DNA from: Malacoraja senta
Lineage: Eukaryota
Direction: 5' to 3'
Assembly (NCBI GenBank): GCA_038087875.1
Contig: CM076001.1
Coordinates: 436,001 to 500,000, forward strand
DNA: 64,000 bases
Below the pieces are notes generated by a model. The model ran no database searches. It was given only the letters and a program-made list of their open reading frames with translations, and was not told where the DNA came from. The translations under genes were made by a program, and so were the position numbers. Positions within the stretch are counted from its first letter, which is position 1. Each line of letters starts with the position of its first letter. This document shows positions 51,063 through 63,693 of the stretch, piece by piece.

Positions 51063-51982
51063 TTTAGATTTAAGAGTCAGAGTTTAAAAAATAAACAACT
51101 GTACAAATACCATGTAGGCACAAGAAATTGCAGGCAGCATCTGTGGAGGGAATGGACAGGCAAAGTTACACATTGGGATGATTCTTCAGAATCATTATCT
51201 TAGATGTGTTTGAATAGCCCAGTGTTCCCACTATTCACAGCACATTAAGGTATACGTCATAAGATCATAGGAGATAGGAGCAGAATTTGTGCCGAATGCA
51301 GAAACCCAGCATTCGGCCCATCAAGTCTACTCCGCCATTTAATTATGGCTGATCTATCTCTCCCTCCTAACCCCATTCCCCTGCCTTCTCCCCATATCGA
51401 TCTGATAACTCGGGCTTTCTAATTTCAAGCCTTCTCAGACATTAGAATGACAATACTCCAGTCTGCTGCAATGTGAGCTGGAGTTTCTGATAACAGTGTG
51501 CAGCTCTCTGACCATACACAAGTGTCTGCCTGACTTAGATCAGTCTGCAGAATGATCAGACAGTGCAATGTGAAGTGTTGCTTCGGTTACTTCTCCTTTC
51601 CCCTTTGGATAAATGCTGAGTTAAGCACAACAGCCAAAAGCACATTTGCAGCAAGAGTGCCCCTTTAAGAATGTGTGAGCCAGTGGAAAGAACATGAAAT
51701 TCAGAGGGAAATGAAAAACATGTGATTTTCTCTACATTGCATGAAGCACCCATGTTTGAGTATTGGCTGAAATTAAAATTGGTCTCATCTATTGCATATT
51801 CTGCCAAGACCAATGACCAGGCATTGCAGATTAAAACTGGCCGGTGCACTGATAGTGAACTCCATGTATCTGCTACGTTTCTCTCTCCAGTTGATGTCCG
51901 ACTTAATGAGTGTTTGATATCCAGTGATGTCAATTTTATATTAAATACTTATATTGCGTGAGCAACTTTGGAATTAAACTAT

Positions 51983-52295
51983 TAGTTTTGTTTTGTTTAG
52001 TTTAGAGATACAACGCGGAAACAGGCACTTTGGCCCACCGAATCTGCACCGACCAGTGATTCCCCACACATTAACACTACCTTACACACAATGGGGACAA
52101 ATTTACCTTTACACCAAGTCGATTTACCTACAAACCTGTATGTCCTTGGAGTGTGGGAGGAAACGGAAGATCTTGTAGAAAATCCACGCAGGTCACGGGG
52201 CGAACGCACAAACTCCATACAGACAAGCACCCGTAGTCAGGATCGAAACTGGGTCTCTGGCGCTGTAAAGCAGTAGGTCTTCTGCTATGCTAACG
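51983..52295 (-). mobile_element. tRNA-derived V-SINE (HE1-like)
   Basis: B box, V-domain, tctctaaactaaac tail. Confidence 0.85.
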
Positions 52296-52980
52296 TGATG
52301 TGTACAAAGTGATTAGAGCTCAGCTTGACTCTGGCCATGTAGCTAAGACAAGCCATGTCCCAGAACAAGGGCAAACCCACACACTATTTACACAGTGGCC
52401 AAGATCAAATGGGATACTGTTACTTTTTCTGAGGATTCATGCTTCACTTCCCTAATAAGTAAAAGAGGAACTAAACTATCCCCCAAGGCCCACAACTTTG
52501 TGCTGATGATTAATTATCTAAACAAGCAGTTTTTATCTTGTTTTCAGATCCAACTCCTGGGTGGCAATGATTATTCAAACGCAAGAGTAATATGTGCACT
52601 AACAACTCCCCACCCAATTACTGTTGAAAAAGGATGGAGAGTGATTTAACTGCAGTTAAGTCATGCTCAGTTAGCCTCCATTTTGGTAAAAAAACAAGTC
52701 CAGGTTCCAAGAGGTTACTACATCAGCCTCTATGAAAATCATTAAACATAATTTCTCTCCATTAACTTCCCTAAAAGGGAAATTCCCAAAGGAAATGTTC
52801 CAAAGGTTTTGTCATGGAAACTTATCTCATGCCTGCTTTTCCATGGGATATGTTTGTACCTGCCTTGCTTTTGTTTCCTCCCACACATAATTCCACTACA
52901 CAAAAAGCTGGAGTAACTCTGCGGGTCAGGCAGCATCTTTGGAGAAAAGAAATAGGTGATATTTCTGCTCGAGACCCTTG

Positions 52981-53805
52981 GAAACATAAAAACATTGAAA
53001 ATAGGTGCAGGAGGTGGCCATTCGGCCCTTCGAGCCAGCACCACCATTCATTGTGATCATGGCTGATCATCCCCAATCAATAACCCGTGTCTGCCTTCTC
53101 CCCATATCCCTTGATTCCACTAGCCCCTAGAGCTCTATCTAACTCTCTCTTAAATCCATCCAGTGATTTGGCCTCCACTGCCCTCTGTTGCAAGGAATTC
53201 CACAAATTCACAACTCTCTGGGTGAAAAAGTTTTTTCTCACCTCGGTCTTAAATGGCCTCCCCTTTACTCTAAGACTGTGGCCCCTGGTTCTGGACTCGC
53301 CCAACATTGGGAACATTTTTCCTGCATCTAGCTTGTCCAGTCCTTTTATAATTTTATATGTTTCTATAAGATCCCCCTCATCCTTCTAAACTCCAGTGAA
53401 TGCAAGCCTAGTCTTTTCAATCTTTCCTCATATGACAGTCCCGCCAACCCAGGGATCAATCTCGTGAACCTACACTGCACTGCCTCAATCACAAGGATGT
53501 CCTTCCTCAAATTAGCAGATCAAAACTGTACACAATACTCCAGATGTGGTCTTACCAGAGCCCTATACAACTGCAGAAGAACCTCTTTTCTCCTATACTG
53601 AAATCCTCTTGTTATGAAGGCCAACATTCCAATAGCTTTCTTCACTACCTGCTGTGCCTGCACGCCAACTTTCAGTGACTGGTGTACAAGGACACCCAGG
53701 TCTCGCTGCACCTCCTCCTTACCTAACCTAACCCCATTGAGATAATAATCTGCCCCCTTGTTTTTGCCGCCAAAGTGGATAACCTCACATTTATCTATAT
53801 TATAC
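52981..53805 (-). mobile_element. CR1 3' fragment
   Basis: DKCEVIHFGGKN, LYRALVRPHLEYCVQF, QRVVNLWNSL. Confidence 0.92.
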
Positions 53806-54931
53806 TTCAGAACACATACATACATATGGCAGTGAAGCTAGTAAATCTAAAGTGATGTGGAACATACAAGCACACTGCAAGCCTATCCTATCCAAACCTA
53901 TCCAAGCTCCTGACCCCCTGTACTCCAACACACAAATCCCCATCCTGGCCCTACGGCAGAACCCTGGCTGAAACTGCACACCCACTTTGGACAACAGATT
54001 CATGAGCGGGTCAGATGCTAGCTGGTGAGGATTTATGAAAAGTTAGATGCACACTGTCAGTGTTTCAGTGAAAAGGTCCTCCCTAGTTTATGGCAGTGTT
54101 CCGTTCCTGAGAATGGTTAATAAATCAGATCACCCATGAGGCTCTGGGCACTTTGAGCTACATCTGCACCAGACTTTTATACATGTAAACCTCAGCAGGC
54201 AGCAGTCTCACCTCTGAATCCGGAGGTACCGAATATAAGGTAAAACCAAACAATCCTTCCCTTTTACCGTGAAGCAAGTCTTTCAGGTGGCATTAAAGCT
54301 GAAAGACGTATACGCCCTCATAAAGAATTGCCACCACAATGTAGAATCACTCAATATTCATGCATCTCCAACTCAACATCTTTAAATCACATTACCTGAC
54401 CATTGCTGTTTGGTCAACCTTGCTGAGGGTAAACTGTCTGCCACATTTCGTATATTATAAAAGTGACTTCAAAATTCATCACTCTCTGTAAACCATTTGG
54501 CAATCAAAAGTGTAAATTGCACTGTATGAATTGGTTCCTGCTCTCTCTTGCAGAATAATTAAGCAAGATGCCAACCTTGGACAAAAGGTGGGTAGAATTA
54601 TGGTATTTAAAAGCATAAGGAACATATTAGCTTTTGAGAAGAATTATTTGGATAGAGAAAAATAGGGAGATGAAGAAGTCTGCGTAATCTGCATAATCTG
54701 CATAAAGACAGGCCAATATCTGCATAATGCGATATGGTACTAAACAAGGATCATTGTGAAGCAGTTGTGTCTTACTACAACACTTATGTTTCTCTATATC
54801 AATGCTTATTTATATTGAGACTGAGATAGATGATCCTGCATTCCACAATTGAAGGTTCAGTTCTGTTGAAGAAACATTGATGTGTAACATTATCCTGCTG
54901 CTCACTCCACTCATACTCACTGATTTTCTGA

Positions 54932-55029
54932 CATCAGTCTGAAGAAGGGTCTCGACCCGAAACATCACCTATTTCTTCGCTCCATAGATGCTGCCTCACC
55001 CACTGAGATTCTCCAGCATTTTTGTCTAC
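54932..55029 (+). mobile_element. Short PLE-derived insertion with hammerhead motif
   Basis: 12-bp TSD ctgattttctga at 54920-54931 and 55030-55041. Confidence 0.85.
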
Positions 55030-55725
55030 CTGATTTTCTGAGCATTTTTCTCTTTTAAGGACAGATCTACTGGCCTTAAGTCAACTACAAAGCCACGATG
55101 ACTCATTGAGTCCAATTACCACAAGATTTTCTTTTTTCTAAAGTACTCAGTAAAAACCCCCAGCACCTTGTATTTTGGAGAAAATCATACGAGAGAGGCA
55201 ATATATTCCTATTTCCATTGAAACAATTATACAGAACACGGACACTTCTCCATTATCCACACAAGAATTGCTGGGATTCACTGTGCCATGCTGAAATACA
55301 TTACAGCAATTATACCACCATTTATTATTCACAGCAAAATAAACACGTCAAACTGTGTAATTAACTTGTAATTAATAACTTAATGAGTCCATAGCTCACA
55401 ATGGGTCAGATCATGTGCAAAAATGTCAGCAGTAGTTGTACTTGGGTTCGGATTATTGACCATTAGACAAGAAGATACAAACATCCTGAAAGCAATTTCT
55501 CTGCAGTACTATGATACTAGAATCAAGTCAAGTCAAGTCAAGTGAGTTTATTGTCATGTGTCCCTGATAGGACAATGAAATTCTTGCTTTGCTTCAGCAC
55601 AACAGAACATAGTAGGCATTGACTACAAGGCATTCTATAAATATATACACACATGAGTCAATAAACTGATCAAGTGCAAATGACAGTTAATTGGCTAATA
55701 AAGTTCAGTGTTATGTCCGAGCCAG

Positions 55726-56279
55726 GTTTTCGGCGACTTGCCGGCACCCGTCATAGTCACAGCAGATCGCTGAAAATGTTCAAAATGTTGAAAATCCAGC
55801 GCCGACCAGAAAAAGGTACGACTCTTTGGGCGACTACTCACGACCATAGAGACGTCACCCCGCGACTACTCACGACCATAGAGACGTCACCCCGCGACTA
55901 CTCACGACCGTAGAGACGTCACCCCGCGACTACTCACAACCATAGAGACGTCACCCCGCGACTACTCACGACCATACAGACGTCACCCCGCGACTACTCA
56001 CGACCATAGAGACGTCACCCCGCGACTACTCACGACCATAGAGACGTCACCCCGCGACTACTCACGACCATACAGACGTCACCCCGCGACTACGCACGAC
56101 CACACAGACGTCACCCCGCGACATGTCGCTTGTATGGTCGTGAGTATTCGCCCAAAGAGTCGTACCTTCTTCTGGGTGGCGCTGGATTTTCAACATTTTG
56201 ACATTTTTCGGCGACCTGCTGCGACTATGATGGGTGCCGGCAAGTCGCCGAAAAAAATCGCGTAAGTGAGACAGGCCCT
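55726..56279. mobile_element. Palindromic Harbinger-type MITE with central tandem array; left tip missing
   Basis: About 120-bp inverted arms; right end gtgagacaggccct followed by TAA. Confidence 0.8.
55831..56118. repeat. Nine 32-bp tandem repeats (cgactactcacgaccatagagacgtcaccccg)
   Basis: Units start every 32 bp from 55831 to 56087. Confidence 0.95.
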
Positions 56280-56789
56280 TAAAGGGAATGATGATTTTTT
56301 TTTTTTTAAACTGCTAGAAATCTGTTGAAGAAATAAAGAAAATGCGAGAAAAACTCAAAATCATCTATCATGTGTGGAAAGTGAAACAGTGAATGTTTCA
56401 GATGGATTAACCTTCATTAGAACTGAAAAATAAGTTATTCAGGGTGGCAGTGAACCAGGGTAAATCCAAGAAAATTCAATTAACAGAATCCTAGCAAGGT
56501 GTTGCACAGAATGCTACAGGAGATTCTTCTTGCCTGTGGCTATCAAACTGTACAACTCTTCACACTTCTCTCGTGGGGTAGACTGCCACCCCTCCTCCAA
56601 CCTCTTCCACACACCCCCCCCCCCCCCCCCACCATTCCATTCCCATCATCCTGGACTTTCACTCGATCATTTAATTTCATTTTTGTGCAATATTACACAT
56701 GTGCTGTACAATAACTGGTCACATACATGTCATTATTATTGTACTGCACATGTCACTTTCAATGCCTTGTAACTGTACCTTTTGACTGG

Positions 56790-57155
56790 TATTAAAGGAC
56801 TGGACAATCTAGATGCAGGAAAAATGTTCCCAATGTTGGGCGAGACCAGAACCAGGGGCCACAGTCTTACAATAAAGGAGGAGGCCATTTAAGACTGAGG
56901 TGAGAAAAAACGTTTGCACCCAGAGAGTTGTGAATTTGTGGAATTCCCTGCCACAGAGGGCAGTGGAGGCCAAGTCACTGGATGGATTTAAGAGAGTTAG
57001 ATAGAGGTCTAGGGGCTAGTGGAATCAAGGGATATGGGGAGAAGGCAGGCACGGGTTATTGATTGGGGACAATCAGCCATGATCACAATGAATGGCAGTG
57101 CTGGCTCGAAGGGCCGAATGGCCTCCTCCTGCACCTATTTTCTATGTTTCTATGA
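56790..57155 (+). mobile_element. CR1 3' fragment
   Basis: Closely similar to 27990-28355; ttctatg tail. Confidence 0.88.
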
Positions 57156-57606
57156 CCCAAAGTGTTGACAGTTTCTCTGTTTACAGATGCTGCTTGACTT
57201 GCTGAGTTTTGCCAACAATTTATGTTTTTGTTAATCTCTTATTATTACTTGTTTTAATGAGGTAAAAGTTTTCAGTAAGTTTTAATATTCTTTTTTAATT
57301 TATACTCTGATGCACGAGAAGCTTTGGCAGACAACAATCCCGGGCTGGGGCCTTGCCAGTTGTCAATGTTTGTGGATGAGGCCTTGTGTGGCCAATCTGT
57401 GTCACTCGAGACAATTCTTCTGCTCACGACTAATATTCAGCTCTAGGATCACCAAGTAGATTAGATCAGATTCTAGATTTGGCTCGGACAATGTTTGGGG
57501 AGATGGAGAAAATGAAGGGAAAGTACAGCGGTGTGACCCATTTAGAAACATCTGTGTTAGCGTGTTAAAAACAAATTACAGAATCCAGCACAATAGAGCC
57601 CCTTAG

Positions 57607-58290
57607 TTCATAAGTGATAGGACCAGAATTAGGCCCATCAAGTCTACTCCACCATTCAATCATGACTTGTATATCTCTGATCCATCTCTCCCTCCAAACC
57701 CCATTCTCCCGCCTTCTCCCCATAACCCCTGACACCTGTACAAATGAAGAATCTATCTATCTCTACCTTAAATATATCCATTGATTTAGCTTTCACAGCC
57801 TTCTGTGGTAAAGAATTCTACATTCACCACCCTCGGATTAAATAAATTCCTCCTCACCTCCTTCCTAAAGGAACATCTTTTAATTCTGAGGCTATGACCT
57901 CTATACCTAGACTCGCCAACTAGTGGAAACATCCTCTCCACATCCACTCTATTCAAGCATTTCATAATTCGGTAGGTTTCAATGAGGTCTCCTCTCATCC
58001 TTCAAGCTCTTCAGCCCAACTAATCCATGTTGACCACAATATCTATCTACACTAGTCCCATTTGCCTACATTTAGTTCATATCTCTCTAAACTTTTCATT
58101 TTCATATAACTATCCAAGTATCATTTGAATCTTGTGATCGTACAGGCCTCTGTCACCTCCTCTAGCGGTTCGCTGTGGGAAATATCTGCTCTTCAGATTC
58201 CCTTTATATTTTCCCCTTCTCATCCTAGACCTATGCCCTTTAGTTTTAGATTCCCCTACCCTGGGGAAAAGACTGCAATTATCTATCCAA
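57607..58290 (-). mobile_element. Two CR1 3' fragments
   Basis: MRGDLIETYRIM, GESRYRGHSL, GESKTKGHR. Confidence 0.8.
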
Positions 58291-59835
58291 AACAAGAAAT
58301 TGCAGACACTTTGGCTGAGATACATGATTCATCATTAGACACAGGTGGGATGCCCAAAGACTGGTGGGTGGCGCATGCTTTGCCTCAATTTAGTTTGTTA
58401 GTTTAGTTTAGTTCAGAGATACAGCGCGGAAACAGACCGTTCAGCCCACCGAATCCACACCGACCAGCGTTCTCCGTACATTAACACTATCCTAGGAACA
58501 ATGTACATTTGTACCAAGCCAATTAATCTACAAACCTGTATGGCTTTGGAGTGTGGGAGGAAACCATTCTCAAAGAAAAACCATACAGGTCACAGGGAGA
58601 ATGTACAAATTCCATACAGACTGGACCCATAGTCAGGATCGAACCTGGGTCTAAGACAGCAAACCTACCGCTGCTCCACCGTGCCGCATGAAGAAGAGCT
58701 GCAAGGAAAAGCCTAGCAACAATAGACCAATGGTAGGCAAGTTGCTCTTTGAGGAATAATATATATATGCATTTAGATGAACAGGGGCTGTTTAGGGATA
58801 GTTAGCATAATTTTGTATACGGGAAATTGCTCTGGTTGAGTTTTCTGAAGAAGTAACCAAAAAAGGTTGATGACGGCAGAGAAGTAGGCTTTGTGTATAT
58901 GGATTTCAGCGAGGCATTTCATAAGGTTCTGGAAGGTTAAATCACTTGGGATACAGGGATCCAGGGACAGCTAGCCAACTAGCTAGAAAATTGGCTTCGT
59001 GGAAGAAAGCAGAGGATGATGGTGGAAGATTGTTTTTTAGACTACAGGCCTGTGACTAGTGGCGTGTCTCAGGAATAGAGCTCGTTGCTGTTTGTGGTTT
59101 ATATCAATGATTTGGATGAGAATATACGGCATAATTAGTAAATTTGCAGATGACATGAAAGGGATTGTAGATAGTGAAGATGGTTATTAGAAATTACACC
59201 AGGATCTTGATCAGTTGGACAGTTGGACAGAGGAATGGTTAATGGGGTTTCATATAGATAAGTGTGGGGTATTGCATTTGGGAAGTCAAACCAGGGCAGG
59301 ACCTTTGAATGGCTCTGGGGATTGTCATAGAGCAGAGGAATCCAGGAGAGTAGGTTCCTTGATAGTGGTGTCACAGGTAGATAAGGTTGGCAAGAAGGCT
59401 TTCAGCATATTGGCCTTCATCATTCATGGTATTGAGTATAGATGTTAGTTTACGGTTGTACAAGACATTGGTGAGGCCACATTTGGAGTGTTCTTTTCGG
59501 TTTGGTCAGTTTGGAAAGAGTGCAGAGAAGATTTACAACGATGATGTGAGGACTTGAGGGCCTGAGCTATAGGGAGAGATTGGGCAGGTTACGACTTTAT
59601 TCCTTATAGCGCAGGAGATTAAGAGCATGAGAGTAATAAATAGATAGATATAGATGAGTCTTTTACCCAGAGTAGGGAAATTAGTAACTAGAGAACATAG
59701 GTTTAAGTTGAGAGGAGAAAGATTAAATAGGAACCTGAGGGGCAACCATTTCTCATAGAGCGTGATGGGTTTATGGAACGAGTTGCCATTGGGTGTAGTT
59801 GAGACTGGTAATATAACAACATTTAAAAGACATTA
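58290..59835 (+). mobile_element. Decayed CR1 RT containing a V-SINE (about 58390-58687, -)
   Basis: MPKDW.VAH, YMDFSEAFHKV, SKFADD, DKCGVLHLG. Confidence 0.8.
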
Positions 59836-59844
59836 GATAATAGG

Positions 59845-60150
59845 TAATAGATAATAGACAATAGGTGCAGGAGTAGGCCATTCAGCCCTTTGAGCCAGCA
59901 CCGCCAATCAATGTGATCATGGCTGATCATCCACAATCAGTACCCCGTTCCTGCCTTCTCCCCATATCCCTCGACTCCGCTATCTTTAAGAGCCCTATCT
60001 AGCTCTCTCTTGAAAGTATCCAGAGAACCGGCCTCCACTGCCCTCCGAGGCAGAGAATTCCACAGACTCACAACTCTCTGTGTGAAAAAGCGTTTCCTCA
60101 TCTCCGTTATAAACGCCTTACCCCTTATTCTTAAACTGTGGGCCCTGGTC
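59845..60150 (-). mobile_element. CR1 3' fragment
   Basis: HSLRIRGKAFITEMRKRFFTQRVV. Confidence 0.88.
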
Positions 60151-60191
60151 AGGTACATTTGGACAGGTACATGGATAGGAAAGGTTTAGAG

Positions 60192-60717
60192 AATTTGTCA
60201 GCAACCTTTTCTGCCAAGGGGCCAGGACATATGTCTGTGAGCGGATGGCGGTCGACATCTATCACGTGTACACATGGATCTCGCCCCCATCCCGCCCTGG
60301 ATGGCAGGCATCAAATCACGTGTTCACATAGATCCCGCCCCTTCGAGGATGCCAACCGGAGCACTGAGCTCAAATATCACACTCACTCGTCCCTGGCCTA
60401 CTGACAACCCCGATCCCGACAGTGAGGCCCAGACACAGAAGGTGCGCGGCCATGCCGGCGGCTTTGCGCAGGATGCGGTACAGCCAAAATCACCTTCCAG
60501 GTACCGGAGGTAGAAATAAATACTGGAGAAACTCTCTCCAGCATTTTTTTCTACCTTCGATTTTTCCAGCATCTGCAGTTCTCTCTTAAACATTCCAGTT
60601 ACCGGAGATGACGGAAGTCTGCGGGCCAGATGATTGAGGAAAAAAATACGCCTGCGGGCCGGATGATTTCGGGTTACGGGCCGGATTCGCCCGGGGGCCG
60701 AAGGTTGCCGACCCCTG
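60192..60717. mobile_element. hAT (Charlie-like) MITE
   Basis: 8-bp TSD gtttagag at 60184-60191 and 60718-60725; right TIR ggttgccgacccctg, left TIR degenerate (gtcagcaacc). Confidence 0.75.
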
Positions 60718-61308
60718 GTTTAGAGTGTCATTGGCCAAATGCAGGCAAGTGGGTAAGTTCATAGGGTATCTTGGTCGGCATGGGTAAGTTGGGCCAAAGG
60801 GCCTATTTCCATGCTATATTACTCTATGCTACTCATAACAGTATAAACCTTTAAGGTTAACTCTCAACCTCCTTCACTCATGGGTAAACATATCTCTCTC
60901 CTTTTAATCAAGCCCTCAAGTCCAGGCAACAAGCTGTAAATCTTTTTTTGAATCATCTTCTCCAGCTTCATCACATCCTTCCCATAGTAAGGTGACAAGA
61001 ATTACAGTCAATGCTGCAAGTGCAGCTGAACCAGCGATTTATACAAGGTGACATCCCAATCTCCCATCCTCAATATCTGCTCTAACCCTAAAATGAATCC
61101 ATAATCTTCTCCAATCAAAGGGAAATAAATACTGGAAATGATAATGATCTCGTAAATTAATACTCAGGGGTCGTCTCTTCAAACAATTTAAGGGAGGTCG
61201 TAAATGTCAAATAAGTTGAGTCAAGAATCAAGAGTGTTTTATTCTCAATGACAATGACATTCTTAAGTTGTTCTGTAATAGTGGCAACATCTTCTCTTTA
61301 ATTAATTA

Positions 61309-62645
61309 CTAGACTAAGTGGGACCCGTTGGGTCCCATGTTCACACGGGAAGGCTGGTCCCCCGACGCAATATTCCACCTCTCCACCAATTCCAATATTG
61401 GTGGCCAGTGTGGGGGCTTTCTGGAGCGCTGGTATGGGTTCTTGGGGTGGCAACTCAATCCCTCAAACCTGATGTGCTGGCAGCTCACTCACGGCTGGTG
61501 GGCTGGCAGTTGACTCATGGCTATTCCTTGAAATTCCATTTCAAGCAGGGTGCAAGGCCACCAAATTCAAGTGCAGTTTCTTACCACTTCGTGCAGGGTG
61601 CAAGGCCACCAAATTCAAATGCAGCTTCATACCATTTCATGCAGGGTGAAACCACCATAAAACCACCATAAAACCACACAAAACACAAAACTCACAGTTC
61701 AGTAGACATTCAGCGTGTTCAGTTGATTCACAGCTCAGACAGAGTCGTGACCTCTCCCTCCCCCATCATGCAGAGACTGAGCCACACCCACACTTCTGGG
61801 TTTTATAACCCCTCCCCCTCCTGCCGGAAAAGGTGTGGCCTTCATGGCGTGATTGACAGGAGAGAGATTCTCAACATTTTTTAAACACTAATAACACTTT
61901 TAGTTTTCATTGATGGGAAGAATTCTCTGCACCTGCTGAGCGGAGGGGGACTGAGTAAGATGGCCAAAAATCACAGCTGTAAGTGGTAGCATTTTATCTA
62001 AAATCATTATACAATGCAAACAGGAAGTTACCCAAAGCACCCAAACCACCATTTGAAGTAGTGCCTTTTAACTTCAAGCCAAAGCACCCAAACCACCATT
62101 TGAAGTAGTGCCTTTTAACTTCAAGCCAATGCACCCAAACCACCATTTGCAGAAGTGCATTTTAACTTCAAGCCACAGCACCCAAACCACCATTTGCAGT
62201 AGTGCCTTTTTACTTCAACCCAAAGCACCCAAACAACCATTTGCAGGCAGTGCCTTTTTACTTCAAACCAACCATATTTTCATTTTCAAACCACATTAAG
62301 GGGACTCACAGTTGAGTAGACATGTGTTCAGTGCTATTCAGAGCTCAGAGAGACGTGACCCTCTGGCTTCCTCCATCTTGCAGAGACTGAGTGCGGCACA
62401 CCACTTCCTGGTTTTATAGTCTCCCCCCTCCCTCCAGCAGGGGCAGCAGAGAGAATGGCAAATGTTTTAAAAACATTAATATCTCTCTAATTTTTCATCG
62501 ATGGGAAAAATCCTCTGGTCCAGGAAGGCGGACGTGGGCTCTGAGTGAGGTGGCCAAAAATGACGGCCGTAGGTGGTGGCGTTCTCTCGGAAATCAAACC
62601 ACAGTGGGCCAAAAGCAGTCAAGATCAGACTTTTAGTAATATAGA
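61309..62645 (-). mobile_element. Non-autonomous Helitron
   Basis: Minus strand A|TCtatattactaaaagtctg ... gggacccaacgggtcccacttagtCTAG|T; no TSD. Confidence 0.9.
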
Positions 62646-62768
62646 TATAAAGCGAGGTAGAATTGAAAATTCGCAATAATTTTGTATTGTCATTTATGTC
62701 TTGGAACTCTGACCAATACCTACTGGTTGTCAGAAAATGCCACATTTATTTGGGTGTTGTCCACTCAC

Positions 62769-62855
62769 CTCCACTCCTTTCACTTGTAGTTTGCTGTTGG
62801 ACTTAGTCAGGCAGTTCACTATATCCTCCCCACCTTGCAAATCTTCCAGTCTGTG
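62769..62855 (-). CDS. MYH16: Myosin heavy chain rod exon A (87 nt, phase 0-0): HRLEDLQGGEDIVNCLTKSNSKLQVKGVE
   Basis: Acceptor tatctttttccAG, donor GTGAGT. The 29 aa align without gaps to the recalled MYH16 segment KTLDDLQAEEDKVNHLTKNNSKLSTQIHE. In frame with the exon at 38765-38910. The orthology call is less certain than the myosin call. Confidence 0.75.
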
Positions 62856-62880
62856 CTGGAAAAAGATACAAAAAGATTCA

Positions 62881-62960
62881 GTCTGAAGAAGGGTCTCGAC
62901 CCGAAACATCGCATATTCCTTTGCTCCATAGATGCTGCCTCATTCGCTGAGTTTTGTCTA
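62881..62960 (+). mobile_element. Short PLE-derived element with hammerhead motif, about 25 nt from the myosin exon A acceptor
   Basis: ctgaagaagggtctcgacccgaaacatc at 62883. Confidence 0.75.
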
Positions 62961-63288
62961 CTTTGTTGTCCAGCTTTCTAATCTACTTTTGAATCCTTTA
63001 CCTCTGTTATTATATGACAGATTCTCTACTGATCTAATGGTAGCATAACGTTAATAGTCATAAAGTTATCTGCATTCTAATGGATGAAAGGCAAGAACAA
63101 TACAATATTCCCCAAGATTTGTGTTCTGGGAAGGAAGAGAAAATAAAAGTTAACTACCACCATTTCAATAGCCCAGAACATTTCCAAGTGTTTTATGGCC
63201 ACCTAAATACTTCTGAATAATGATCTCTGTTACAACCACATCAATTTGTTTGCATGAAGCTACAGAGCCCAGTATAAAAATGTTAGTG

Positions 63289-63415
63289 TAGGAAGGAACT
63301 ACAGATGCTGGTTTAAACTGAAGATAGACACAAAATGATGGAGTAACTCAGCGGGACAGGCAGCATCTCTGGAGAGAATGATTGGGTGCTGTTTCGGGTC
63401 GAGACCCTTCTTCAG
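63289..63415 (-). mobile_element. Short PLE-derived insertion with hammerhead motif
   Basis: TSD aaaaatg(t/g)tagtg at 63276-63288 and 63416-63428. Confidence 0.8.
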
Positions 63416-63693
63416 AAAAATGGTAGTGCCTTTTTCCCATACAAAGTAAGCTTGGGAGAAGATGTAAACTACATAAAATCCTAAGAAACTAATTTTCTTT
63501 GGGTCCAAGCAGAAAAATTACTCTTGCTTCTTTCTTATCAAAATCGCGTGTTTCTATTTTTTATGGATTAAAATATCCATAATCAAAGCAGTATGAAAAT
63601 TGGATCTGGGATACCCAACCTGACCCTGATGGTCTAAAACTTTCAGATTCTGAGGGTGCCATGCCAACCTGGCCCCAATCTTATCCAGGTCAG

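Noticed and set aside
51556..51961. 125-aa and 79-aa ORFs in non-repeat sequence
   Set aside because: No recognisable homology; cannot be supported as coding
55831..56118. 32-bp repeats resembling a CRISPR array
   Set aside because: Head-to-tail units with no unique spacers, no cas genes, eukaryotic context
26862..62768. Intronic myomiR (miR-208/499/736-like) in the myosin introns
   Set aside because: I saw no matching mature sequence or hairpin by eye; not excluded without a search
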